DNA from: an uncultured bacterium
Lineage (GTDB): Bacteria; SAR324; NAC60-12
NCBI GenBank assembly: GCA_965662235.1
Contig: CBFIGY010000009.1
Location: forward strand, 1 to 64,000
Direction of reading: 5' to 3'
DNA length: 64,000 nt
Part shown: positions 10,429 through 19,222 of the stretch, one piece after another
Position numbering within the stretch: position 1 is the stretch's first letter
Layout of the letters: every line of letters begins with the position of its first letter
Position numbers and translations under genes: made by a program
Notes under the pieces: generated by a model
Seen by the model: the letters and a program-made list of their open reading frames with translations, nothing else
Database searches by the model: none
Told to the model about the DNA's origin: nothing

Positions 10429-11451
10429 TCAGGAGTTGGACATGGTGGCGCGACGCACGCGAGGATCTAGCAGGGCCAGTGCGAGGTCGGCAAACAGGTT
10501 CCCCAGCACCAGCAACACCGACACCATCATGAAGATGGCGGAAACCACGTACATGTCCCGGTCGCCAACCGAGCTGAGGATCAGCGGTCCCAGAGTGGGA
10601 ATGCCCAGGACAATCGCAATTTCGATCTCGCCCTTGATCATGTAGTCGAAGCGGGTCCCGAGGTTCATGATGACCGGATGCAAGGCGTTGGGAACCGCAT
10701 GCTTGAAGAGCACCCGCCCTCGAGAAAGACCTTTGGCCCGGGCGGTTTCAATGTACTGCATGTTCATGACGTCCAGCAGGTTCCCCCGCATCATGCGGGT
10801 GGTGTAAGCCTGCCCGGCCCAGATCGACACGGCCAGCACCGGCCAGACGTGCTTCAAGAAGTCCCAGAACTTGGCCAGCGTCCACCCCTCTTGCAGGATG
10901 TACTGAGGCGAGTTGATGGCGCCAATGTAAGGGGAGTGCCAGACGATGGCGAGGAAGTAGAGGATGACTAGGGAGATGACAAACTTGGGAATGACAATGC
11001 CCATGAACGCGATGAGCGTGGCCAGGTTGTCGCCAAGCTTGTACTGGTTGGTCGCAGCATAGATGCCCAGCAGCACTCCGGTCAGTTGACCAATGACCAA
11101 GGTGATGATGGCCAGTAGCAGGGTCCGGGGCAGGCGTGTTCCGATGACCTCCGTCACCGGGCGGTTCTGCTCAAACGACATGCCGAAGTCGCCTGATAAG
11201 ACAATGTTCTTGAGCCAGGTGAGGTACTGGATCGCAACAGGCTGATCCAGCCCCAACCGTTCTCGCATGACCTGCGCCTGAGGCAACAACTCGTCATAAG
11301 ATTTGCCTGTCTGAGCCGATGTGTTGGCAATCCAGGTGTCCACGAAGTCACCCGGGACGGCCTGAATGATGGCAAACGAGACCATAGAGATCCCCAGCAG
11401 TAGCGGAACCGCGACCACAATTCTTTTGACGAAGTAGATCAGAAAACTCAT
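10429..11451 (-). CDS. ABC transporter permease (OppB-like) of the alpha-galactoside system
   Basis: GDFGMSF, YIETARAKGLS, LFKHAVPNAL, LLDPRVR. Confidence 0.93.
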   Translation of the reverse strand: MSFLIYFVKRIVVAVPLLLGISMVSFAIIQAVPGDFVDTWIANTSAQTGKSYDELLPQAQVMRERLGLDQPVAIQYLTWLKNIVLSGDFGMSFEQNRPVTEVIGTRLPRTLLLAIITLVIGQLTGVLLGIYAATNQYKLGDNLATLIAFMGIVIPKFVISLVILYFLAIVWHSPYIGAINSPQYILQEGWTLAKFWDFLKHVWPVLAVSIWAGQAYTTRMMRGNLLDVMNMQYIETARAKGLSRGRVLFKHAVPNALHPVIMNLGTRFDYMIKGEIEIAIVLGIPTLGPLILSSVGDRDMYVVSAIFMMVSVLLVLGNLFADLALALLDPRVRRATMSNS

Positions 11452-11544
11452 CCGGTGTGCCTCAGGCTGGTCAGAGAGGAAATGCAGTCAAGTGACAGAA
11501 ACAAGGGGGCCCCGGCCTTTTGAGAAGACCAGAGCCCGGCTTGC

Positions 11545-13548
11545 TCAGTACTCGGCGACTGTTCCAGGGAGCAGTTCACCAATCTGCTGATCCGTCGGCA
11601 CCCAAAGGCGCTCACGGACCACTCCGTCTTCTGCCCACTCGTACATGAACACCGGGGTGCCCGGGTGAGCATTCTTGACACGCTTGTTGACCAACAGGGC
11701 CGCAGGTGCCTGCACCAGACCAATGTTGTAGAGGTTGTCGGTCAGGATCAGCTGCATGCGGCGCGCAATCTCCGCCTTCCGACGTGCGTCGTCAGTGGAG
11801 TTGAAGTTCTGCACCAGCTCGGTCAGCTCTCCCTCAAAGGGCAGCAGGTTCCGGCCATCCGATCCCGTCAGGTGGAAGGCTGGGCAGATGTCCGAGATGG
11901 GCAGGTTGCCGCAGGCTTCACGCGTTGGGAGCACAAAGTTGGCCCGCTGCAGAATGGCCGTGAAGTCTCCGGAGTTCCGCATCGGATCAAAGCTGGTCTC
12001 ATCCACCGACTTCGGCAGCACTCGAATACCCACTTCTGCCAGCTGAGACGTCACCGCATCAATCTGCTTGCGGTCATCGTTCCGCTGGGCCTTGTAGGTC
12101 ATGTCAATGACCAGGTCCTCACCGGTTCCTGGGAGGTTGAGCACACCGTTTCCGTCGGTGTCCTTCAGACCCAGTCCTGCCAGCAGCTTCTTGGCTCCCG
12201 CCTGATCAAAGGGCGTGTACACCGAGCTCGCTGCGTCGTAATACGGCGAACCCGTGGGGTAGCCGCCCATGTAGGGATACGCAAACGGTCCACGCGCCAG
12301 GGCCTGTCCAATCGCGTCGCGGTCCAGGGCATGGCTGACGGCTTTGCGGAACTCCAGCTTCCGGAACAGCTCCCGCAGCTCCTTGTCGTAGGGACTGTTG
12401 GCCATGTTCTCAGAGAAGTTAAGCTCAATGCGCCATGCCAGGGTTCGCGGACCAAACTTCGCCGAGACCGGAGCATTCGGGTCCTGGCTCTGTTTGAGGG
12501 CTTCCACAAAGTTCCCCGGGTTCTCCATGTTCGAGAAGTCTCCGGTTCCAGCAACCGCCTGTGTGGTCCGGTCGTCCCACGTCGTCAGCTTGAAGTGCAT
12601 CTCATTGACGTAAGGCAGCTGATTGCCCTGCTCGTCCACCTTCCAGTAATACGGGTTGCGGCGCATGATGATGATCTCATCTGGCTTGTGTTCCACCGGC
12701 ACCCATGCTCCCAGAACCGGGATTGGCAGCTTATCGGCCGGCATGCTGTTCAGGTAGCTGTCGTAGGTTGCAGTCGATTTGTACTTCGGATGCATCGGCT
12801 TGAGCACGTGGCTCGGTCCGGGACATCCTTGAATGTACGCCAAGCCTTCAACCACGGTGTTGGACTGCTTGCTGGGGAACTTGAACTTGAAGGTGTAGTC
12901 ATCCATCACCTCCAGCTTGGCTCCGCCTCCGAACGAACCCGCCTGAATCCGGGACGCAACGTTTTCGTCCTCCACGTTGTCATTCCACCAAAACGCGATG
13001 TCCTCGGTGTCAAATGCGTCACCATCCGACCACTTGACGCCTTCCACCAGGTGCATCGTCAGTTCGGTCATGCCTGCGTTCCACTCCCAGCTCTTGGCCA
13101 AGTTGGGCAGCGGTCCGGTCTGATCTTCAGCCTTGACCTGCCAGCGGGGTCCCTGACGGACCAGGCACTCCTGCACCGCCATGTTGATGCCGCCCCAACC
13201 CTGGTGCTGTCCTGCCAGCCAGTTGAAGCCCTCCGGACGTCCCCCAATGACGTGGCGGAACACCCCCCCGTACACGCCAATGCCGTCAGACATTGCATCC
13301 GTCTTGAAGATCAACGGCTCCTTGGGCAGCCGGTCCTTCACCGGAGGCAGCTTGCCCTGCGCGACCAGTGTGTCCAAAAACGGCGCCTGGTGGTACTTCG
13401 GAAGGGCTCCATAGGAGTACAGGTCGTTTCGGCCAATCAGGTCATACTTGAGACCCGAAAGGTTGCGCTCGGGGGGCATCGGCTCTGCCTGAGCAGAAGA
13501 TGCCGCAGCCAACAAGGCCGCGGTGAAGAGAGTGGCCAGTCTTTTCAT
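11545..13548 (-). CDS. agpA: Alpha-galactoside-binding periplasmic protein (SBP family 5, AgpA-like)
   Basis: Signal peptide from MKRLATLF (ATG 13548, SD GAGG), LPPVKDRLPKEP, IGGRPEGFNWLAGQHQGWGG, NPYYWKVD; lies upstream of melA. Confidence 0.85.
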   Translation of the reverse strand: MKRLATLFTAALLAAASSAQAEPMPPERNLSGLKYDLIGRNDLYSYGALPKYHQAPFLDTLVAQGKLPPVKDRLPKEPLIFKTDAMSDGIGVYGGVFRHVIGGRPEGFNWLAGQHQGWGGINMAVQECLVRQGPRWQVKAEDQTGPLPNLAKSWEWNAGMTELTMHLVEGVKWSDGDAFDTEDIAFWWNDNVEDENVASRIQAGSFGGGAKLEVMDDYTFKFKFPSKQSNTVVEGLAYIQGCPGPSHVLKPMHPKYKSTATYDSYLNSMPADKLPIPVLGAWVPVEHKPDEIIIMRRNPYYWKVDEQGNQLPYVNEMHFKLTTWDDRTTQAVAGTGDFSNMENPGNFVEALKQSQDPNAPVSAKFGPRTLAWRIELNFSENMANSPYDKELRELFRKLEFRKAVSHALDRDAIGQALARGPFAYPYMGGYPTGSPYYDAASSVYTPFDQAGAKKLLAGLGLKDTDGNGVLNLPGTGEDLVIDMTYKAQRNDDRKQIDAVTSQLAEVGIRVLPKSVDETSFDPMRNSGDFTAILQRANFVLPTREACGNLPISDICPAFHLTGSDGRNLLPFEGELTELVQNFNSTDDARRKAEIARRMQLILTDNLYNIGLVQAPAALLVNKRVKNAHPGTPVFMYEWAEDGVVRERLWVPTDQQIGELLPGTVAEY

Positions 13549-13644
13549 TTTTCCTCTCGAAATGAGGTGGTTCTGGGAAATCCCTGCAGTAGCCTTCTGA
13601 GGGCAACGGTTCCAAATGACGTCTGTGCCGCCATCATCGGGAAG

Positions 13645-13734
13645 AATCGTAACGTTATTAAGCCAAAAAACAGCTAAAGAACCGATTCGCTTCGGGAGCA
13701 GGCGAAACCGGCTCCGCAAAAATCGTAACGTTAC
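13645..13734. promoter_or_regulatory. Tandem LacI-type operator sites upstream of agpA
   Basis: AATCGTAACGTTA occurs at 13645-13657 and 13721-13733; the second copy contains the perfect palindrome GTAACGTTAC (13725-13734). Confidence 0.7.
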
Positions 13735-13749
13735 AATTTTTTCTAAAAG

Positions 13750-13778
13750 GTTGTACCGATTCCCCCAAGGGCTGTCAA
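13750..13778 (-). promoter_or_regulatory. Sigma70-type promoter of the galactoside operon
   Basis: Minus strand TTGACA-N17-TACAAC, immediately upstream of the operator palindrome. Confidence 0.65.
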
Positions 13779-13822
13779 ACCCTTTTTTCATAATTTTGCA
13801 GAGAGGTGGTGAAACAGGAGGG

Positions 13823-14914
13823 TCAGGCGTGGAGCCGATGCTGGGTAAGGAACCCCTCAAAGAAGGCATTCCAGGCGGGTTCAGGGACAGCCTGCATCTC
13901 CAGAACCTCCACCTGAGACTGGAGTTCCGGAAAGGCAGCCAGCTTCACCGCATCCTTCTCCGTTACCACCCAACGGGAGGCTCCGGACCGCTGGAAGCGG
14001 CGTTTTAACGTTTCGACTGTGGCAGCGTCGTAGGCCTGATGATCCCGGAGGGACGCCAGCTCGACAACGGTTGCTCCCAGCTGCTCTAAGGACTTCCGGA
14101 ACCCTTCAGGTTGAGCAATACCGCAGGAACCGAATACCGTCTGTCCCCGCAGGGGCTGTTCCGTCTCCAACAAAAACCGGGTGTGTCCATCTAGGCGCAC
14201 CAACGCCGTCGGCAGGTACTGAAAACGGAAGATGGGGCAGGTCGGCTTCAACTCCTGTCGAAGACGGAGCATCAGCGCGTCGACAAACCCCAGGTTGGCC
14301 TTGGTGATGAGGATCGCGTCTGCGCGCTTCCACTGCGTGTCGGGTTCCCGCAGCGGTCCGGCAGGAAGCAGGTGCCGGTTTCCCAGCCCGCGTTCGGCAT
14401 CAATGAGGAGCAGGTTCAGGTCGCGCTCCATGGCCAAGTGCTGATACGCGTCATCCAGCACCAGGCACTCCGGAGCGTCCCACATCTGCGCGAGCCGGGC
14501 CGCTGTGGCTCGAGACGCACAGGCGTACACCGCAACGCTCGGGTGCCGCTGCGCCAGCAAGTAGGGTTCATCTCCGACCGACTCCGGACGCAGGCGGCTG
14601 CCCTCTTCAGCCCGGTAGCGTTGCAGAGTCGAGCGCCCTTCCCGTCCGTATCCTCGGCTGAGCACCGCCACGGACCGAGGCGCTAGGGTCCGGAGGAGAA
14701 ACTCCACCACCGGAGTCTTTCCAGAACCGCCTACAGTCAGGTTCCCAACGGAAATCACAGGCACCGGCGCCCGCTCCGTCCGGAGGAGGCGGAGGCGGTA
14801 CAGCGCCAGCCGTGTCAGAACCAGGCTTTCGTAGAATGCAGCAACAAGGAGCCGTCCCCAGGTGGTGGGACGGAGCAGGGGCCACTCCCGAGGGGAGTCT
14901 GCAAGAAAGGGCAT
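13823..14914 (-). CDS. lpxK: Tetraacyldisaccharide 4'-kinase
   Basis: VISVGNLTVGGSGKTP, LSRGYG, GDEP, LDDAYQH, LLPAGPLREP, TEKDAVK. Confidence 0.95.
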   Translation of the reverse strand: MPFLADSPREWPLLRPTTWGRLLVAAFYESLVLTRLALYRLRLLRTERAPVPVISVGNLTVGGSGKTPVVEFLLRTLAPRSVAVLSRGYGREGRSTLQRYRAEEGSRLRPESVGDEPYLLAQRHPSVAVYACASRATAARLAQMWDAPECLVLDDAYQHLAMERDLNLLLIDAERGLGNRHLLPAGPLREPDTQWKRADAILITKANLGFVDALMLRLRQELKPTCPIFRFQYLPTALVRLDGHTRFLLETEQPLRGQTVFGSCGIAQPEGFRKSLEQLGATVVELASLRDHQAYDAATVETLKRRFQRSGASRWVVTEKDAVKLAAFPELQSQVEVLEMQAVPEPAWNAFFEGFLTQHRLHA

Positions 14915-14916
14915 GT

Positions 14917-15318
14917 TCAGGAAAGGAGGCGGTAACGGATTTCGTGTTCAGCAGGAAGCCCTTCGCTTTCAGGCTCCAAGAACCCTTCTGCGACCAGTTG
15001 CTCCAGAATGGCATCCACCTGCTCCGCCTCCAGACCCAGCTTCAGGAAGAGGTCTGTCCGCGTCAGCTCCCCGCCAAGAGAACGTCCGAGCAGCAACGCC
15101 TCCCGCAGGGGTGGGCGAGCATAGGCTCGCAGCTGCTGCACCCCAAACGCAAGGATGCCGCCTCCCACGAGCAGTGACGAGAGTCCCACCAACGGAAACG
15201 GCACCGGAGCCCCGCTGTCGAGCAGAATCAGTCCCCCTAGGAGACTGAATCCCCAGCCATAAAGACGCTCCCGTTTCTTGCGACGGATGTAGTCCTCTGC
15301 ATCAAACTCGTTCGACAC
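14917..15318 (-). CDS. Hypothetical protein with two TM segments and a small C-terminal helical (wHTH-like) domain
   Basis: GTG start with SD GAGG, two hydrophobic segments, tightly packed between the secretin and lpxK genes. Confidence 0.7.
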   Translation of the reverse strand: MSNEFDAEDYIRRKKRERLYGWGFSLLGGLILLDSGAPVPFPLVGLSSLLVGGGILAFGVQQLRAYARPPLREALLLGRSLGGELTRTDLFLKLGLEAEQVDAILEQLVAEGFLEPESEGLPAEHEIRYRLLS

Positions 15319-15334
15319 CTCGAAACCTCAGAAG

Positions 15335-17344
15335 TCACGGCTGCTGAATTGCCTGCTGCGCCCCAGGAAACTCCGGAATGGCCACCGGCTCCGGACGCGA
15401 CAGCACACGCGGGGTGACAATCACCACCACATGGTCAAAACGTTGCTCCTGCCCTTGAGATTGAAACAAAACCCCCAACAGGGGCAAGTCGCTAAGCATC
15501 GGCACGCCTGCGGTGCTGCCTTCAGAACGACTCTTGATCAGCCCGCTGAGCAAAAACGGACGCCCGCTTGGAACCGTGACCATGCTCTCAGCCCGCTGCG
15601 TGTTGATCACCGGAATGCCGTCAATGACCTGCGTGTTGCTCGGTGTGCTGGTCTCCGCCCGGATGGTCAAGGCAATGAGGGGTGCTTCGTCAGGAGACGC
15701 CTGCACCACTCGCGGAGTCACCCGCAGCGTCACTCCGGTTTGCAGCTCCTGCAGGCTTCGGTTTTCGTAAAGCTTCACGTTGATCCGGGAACCGCTGTTG
15801 ACCTCGGCCTCAACGTTGTTGGTCGTGACAATCACCGGACGAGACAGCACCCGCCCGCGTCCGGCCTCCTCCAGCATCCGCAACCGTGCCTCTACCGGTG
15901 ACACCAAGGTCGTTGCGCCTTCCAAGCGAGCCCCCAGCGTAAACGGCTCCGCAGCAGAGCCAGACGGTCGCGAAGCAAACTCCACTCCCAGCCGCTGAGA
16001 GTCCTGCTCCGTTGTCTCAAAGATGTGGGCTTCAATCTGAATCTGCGGACGCGGGCGGTCCCACGCCTTCAGGAGCGCCTCCACCGCCTGTAGCGTCTCT
16101 GCAGGCGCCTGAACGATCAGGGCATTGCCAACAGGGTCCGCCAGCACCTCGGCGTCTGGAATTGCCGGATCCTGTTGAAACCGATGCTCCAGAAACTGCT
16201 TCAGCAGCGACTGGGCTCCCGGAACCTGCAGGCTCTCTCCGCTGCTCTGAACCTGAGCATCTTGCACCTGCAGGAACTTCAGTTCAAAGCGCCGGACCAC
16301 CAGTCCCGTCTCCGGAGGCACCTCCAGCTGAAGTTGGTTTTCTAGGCGCATCAGGCTTGCTGCTGCCGCTTCCACTTCATCCGGAGGCCCGGTCAGGGTC
16401 ACGCTCCAGCCGAGTCCGTCTCCCAACGACTGCGGGGTCCACTGCAATGCTGAATCTGGCTGTCGGGTCCAATCATCTAGGTGCTGGCGAAAGGTCGCTT
16501 CTGGGAGAGTCTGCAGCACCAGCGTCTGCGCTTGAGGCGGTGCGATTCCGGTTTCTGCAGGAAAATCGTTCGATTTCGACACCGACTCCTCGGCTGCAAT
16601 CACCGCCTGTACGGTCTCCAGCTCCGGAGCAGGTCCTTCCAGCAGCAGCAGTTCCGGACGCAGAAACGACACCTGCAACGCCTCCAGACTCGGCTGCAGC
16701 CCGGGAGCGTTCAGCAGTGCCTGCACCTCAGCTTCTGGAGCCGTCAACGGAACCACCGCCGTTTGCCACGCGCTCTGAGTGACCCAGGTCAGGTGATGCG
16801 TCTGCGCGTGGTAGATGACGTGGGCGTCGTAGCGTTCGGCGAGAACCTGAAAGGCGTTTGCGACGGAGGGAAAGACAAGGTTTTCGCTCACCATCGTTTT
16901 TTCCGGAAGCCCCTTGAGGGTCAAAGGGACCCAGCCCTGTTGAGCCAACCGACTCAGGACCTCTCGGAGCGGAGTGGGCTGTTCCAGGACCTGCCGGACG
17001 GGCACCACCTTCCACGCCTGACGTCGGGGCAAAACGTGCTCCAGGTCGTTTTGATGCAGCTGCACCAGGTCGTTGCGGGCCAGCAAAAGACGGAAGATCG
17101 CCGAGGGAGTTCCGTGAACGTCTGTGAGCGCGGAATGACGGGGAAGGTTCGGATGCAGCACCAGATGAGTGGGATGCGCCGCATACTGATTGAGAAAGCG
17201 CCGCAGCGCCACCCGGAGCGGCTCCGTTTCCTGCTGCTGAAAGGTGACCGACGCCTCTGGGGTCTTCCACACCAGCGTCGGTTGCCCCCAGGCCAGCGAC
17301 GCAACGCCTCCCAGCACCATCAGCATCCACCATATATGACGCAT
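15335..17344 (-). CDS. Secretin-family outer-membrane channel (GspD/PilQ/SctC superfamily)
   Basis: Signal peptide, N3-like segment ADPVGNALIV...AWDRPRPQIQIEAHIFE, LSRPVIVTTNN, TGVTLRVTPRV, GVPMLSDLPLLGVLF, VVVIVTPRV. Confidence 0.88.
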   Translation of the reverse strand: MRHIWWMLMVLGGVASLAWGQPTLVWKTPEASVTFQQQETEPLRVALRRFLNQYAAHPTHLVLHPNLPRHSALTDVHGTPSAIFRLLLARNDLVQLHQNDLEHVLPRRQAWKVVPVRQVLEQPTPLREVLSRLAQQGWVPLTLKGLPEKTMVSENLVFPSVANAFQVLAERYDAHVIYHAQTHHLTWVTQSAWQTAVVPLTAPEAEVQALLNAPGLQPSLEALQVSFLRPELLLLEGPAPELETVQAVIAAEESVSKSNDFPAETGIAPPQAQTLVLQTLPEATFRQHLDDWTRQPDSALQWTPQSLGDGLGWSVTLTGPPDEVEAAAASLMRLENQLQLEVPPETGLVVRRFELKFLQVQDAQVQSSGESLQVPGAQSLLKQFLEHRFQQDPAIPDAEVLADPVGNALIVQAPAETLQAVEALLKAWDRPRPQIQIEAHIFETTEQDSQRLGVEFASRPSGSAAEPFTLGARLEGATTLVSPVEARLRMLEEAGRGRVLSRPVIVTTNNVEAEVNSGSRINVKLYENRSLQELQTGVTLRVTPRVVQASPDEAPLIALTIRAETSTPSNTQVIDGIPVINTQRAESMVTVPSGRPFLLSGLIKSRSEGSTAGVPMLSDLPLLGVLFQSQGQEQRFDHVVVIVTPRVLSRPEPVAIPEFPGAQQAIQQP

Positions 17345-17384
17345 CCGGCCCCCGTTTTACACGCTCAGCAGAGCCGAGGACGGG

Positions 17385-18335
17385 TTAGGCTTCTTCTCGT
17401 TGCATCCAGACCTCAATGCCCTGAGCGTTGAGTTCATAGTCAAAAGCCAGCAGTTCATCCAGTTTTTCATCAGGAAGCAGGCCCCCGTGTTTGCGGTACT
17501 CTTCATGGAGCACGAGCCGAATCTTTTCCCGGAGCAACGCCTCCCGCTCTGCCCCTGCGTCGCGGACCGAATCCGCAGCTTCCAGGTAGCGGTCGAGGCG
17601 CCAGTGCAGATCTGCAGCCAGCGCATCCAAGCCGGTCACCCGCCCAAAGTGGGTCAGGTAGGCCGCTGTTGGAGTGTAGAGCATCAGACGCTCCAGGGTC
17701 GCATGCAGCTTCGCCGGCTCAAACTGAACCGGAGTTGTGGAGGGGAAAATGAAGGGCCCGTTCGGGGTATCAAGCTCACGGTAGGAAATTCCAAAATTGT
17801 CCCCTGGAAACAGGCTGTGGCTCCGTTGATCCAGAAGGGTGTAGTGGTGACGAGCGTGTCCGGGTGTGTCCAAGAAGAGCAGCGGGCGGCCGTGGAAGTC
17901 GAGGGTAAACTCGTCTTCAGCAATCAGCACCCGGTCTTCTGGCACAGGGACAATTTCGCCATACAGTTCTGCAAAACGCTGCTCGCCGTAAACCGCTTTG
18001 GTGCCGGCAATGAGCTTTTCCGGATTCACCAAGTGCCGCACTCCCTTGGGGTGCACCACCAGGACGGCTTCCGGGAGTTCCTGCAGCAACGCGCCGGAGC
18101 CTCCGGCATGGTCGAGGTGCACATGCGTCACCATCACGTGCGTCACCTTCTCACGCGGAATCTGCTTCTCTTCCAACACCTGCAGCAGCTCTGGGACGTT
18201 GAGCGTCGTGCCCACATCAACGAACGCGGCATACCCGTCTTCCACCATCAGGTGGCTGGCATCAAAGCCGGGCCGGAGGTATCCGGTGTCAATCGTCGTC
18301 ACGCCATCAGGGTGATCAATCCACAGGTGCTGCAT
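17385..18335 (-). CDS. MBL-fold metallo-hydrolase
   Basis: THVHLDHAGG, TPGHARHH, GD and THFG metal-binding motifs. Confidence 0.92.
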   Translation of the reverse strand: MQHLWIDHPDGVTTIDTGYLRPGFDASHLMVEDGYAAFVDVGTTLNVPELLQVLEEKQIPREKVTHVMVTHVHLDHAGGSGALLQELPEAVLVVHPKGVRHLVNPEKLIAGTKAVYGEQRFAELYGEIVPVPEDRVLIAEDEFTLDFHGRPLLFLDTPGHARHHYTLLDQRSHSLFPGDNFGISYRELDTPNGPFIFPSTTPVQFEPAKLHATLERLMLYTPTAAYLTHFGRVTGLDALAADLHWRLDRYLEAADSVRDAGAEREALLREKIRLVLHEEYRKHGGLLPDEKLDELLAFDYELNAQGIEVWMQREEA

Positions 18336-18440
18336 CGGTGGCCTTTTCAGAAAAGCGGGTTGGGGCGGCCCGTTCCTTGGGGAACGTAACAGTGGGGCGG
18401 GTTAAGGGGGAAGGTAAGGGCCTTGCCTCAGACAGGCAAG

Positions 18441-19187
18441 CTATTTTCCGGGGTCACGGCTTAGCCAGTGACGGAGCGCTGCATTGACCGCGTCTGGCTG
18501 CTCTAGGGTGGAGAGGTGCCCACAGTGCTCCACGACCACCAGCTCAGCGTTTGGGAGGTGTGCCACCATTTCCTCATGCAGCGCCAGTGGCGTCAGCCGG
18601 TCTTCTCGCCCACACAGCACCAGCGTGGGAACCGTAATGGCCGGCAGGGTCGACAGGCTACTGACACGGCTCATGAGCGCTTCAATCTGACGTCGGAAGC
18701 CCGCGGGCCCAACCGTCAGGGCCATGTCGAGGATGAGAGCAGTGAGGTCGGTTTGCGAAAGACGGTCGGGATGAAGCAGTCGGGGCAGCAGAACCTCCGT
18801 GGTGATTTCCGCAAACTGTCCCCGGTCTGCCATTTCCAGTTGACGGTGCCGATCTTCCTTGCGCTCCGGAGTGTCTGCATGCGGGTTCGCATCAAGCAGC
18901 GCTAGGTGCGTGACGCGGTCCGGGGCCTGACGCCACACTTCAAACGCCAGGGCTCCGCCCATGGAAAGCCCGGCCAGCGCAAAACGGTCCGGCGCGGTTT
19001 CCAGCACCTGACGGGCCAGCTCTGGAAAGGAGTCTGCACGGGTGAGGTCCGGCACGTGGAACACCGCCACGTCACTGAGTGCCTCCCGCTGAGGCTGCCA
19101 CATGCGCTCGTCCAGCAGGAGCCCAGAGAGCAGCACCACGGGAAGGGGATTCACGGAAGGGGAGGTCTTTTCCAAAGGAAGGTTCAT
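18441..19187 (-). CDS. Alpha/beta-fold hydrolase
   Basis: GLSMGG nucleophile elbow, CGREDRLTP, CGHLS. Confidence 0.9.
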   Translation of the reverse strand: MNLPLEKTSPSVNPLPVVLLSGLLLDERMWQPQREALSDVAVFHVPDLTRADSFPELARQVLETAPDRFALAGLSMGGALAFEVWRQAPDRVTHLALLDANPHADTPERKEDRHRQLEMADRGQFAEITTEVLLPRLLHPDRLSQTDLTALILDMALTVGPAGFRRQIEALMSRVSSLSTLPAITVPTLVLCGREDRLTPLALHEEMVAHLPNAELVVVEHCGHLSTLEQPDAVNAALRHWLSRDPGK

Positions 19188-19222
19188 TTCAGAAAGAACG
19201 GGATCACGCGAAGGGCCAAACG

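Noticed and set aside
11665..13677. 670-aa plus-strand ORF, and similar long antisense ORFs (2517-3434, 4767-5906, 17400-18389, 19820-20956, 30684-31997, 56333-57400)
   Set aside because: They are shadows on the opposite strand of well-supported genes, expected from GC-rich codon bias, and show no motifs.
13549..13869. Long N-terminal extensions in the ORF track (agpA, and likewise LacI, proS, the aminotransferase, rhmD and DUF1244)
   Set aside because: Downstream ATGs with SD sites, signal peptides or family-typical N-termini fit better, and the extensions overlap promoters or neighbouring genes.
15335..17344. Type III secretion system suggested by the SctC-like secretin N-terminus
   Set aside because: No other sct genes are in the window, so only an orphan secretin can be supported.
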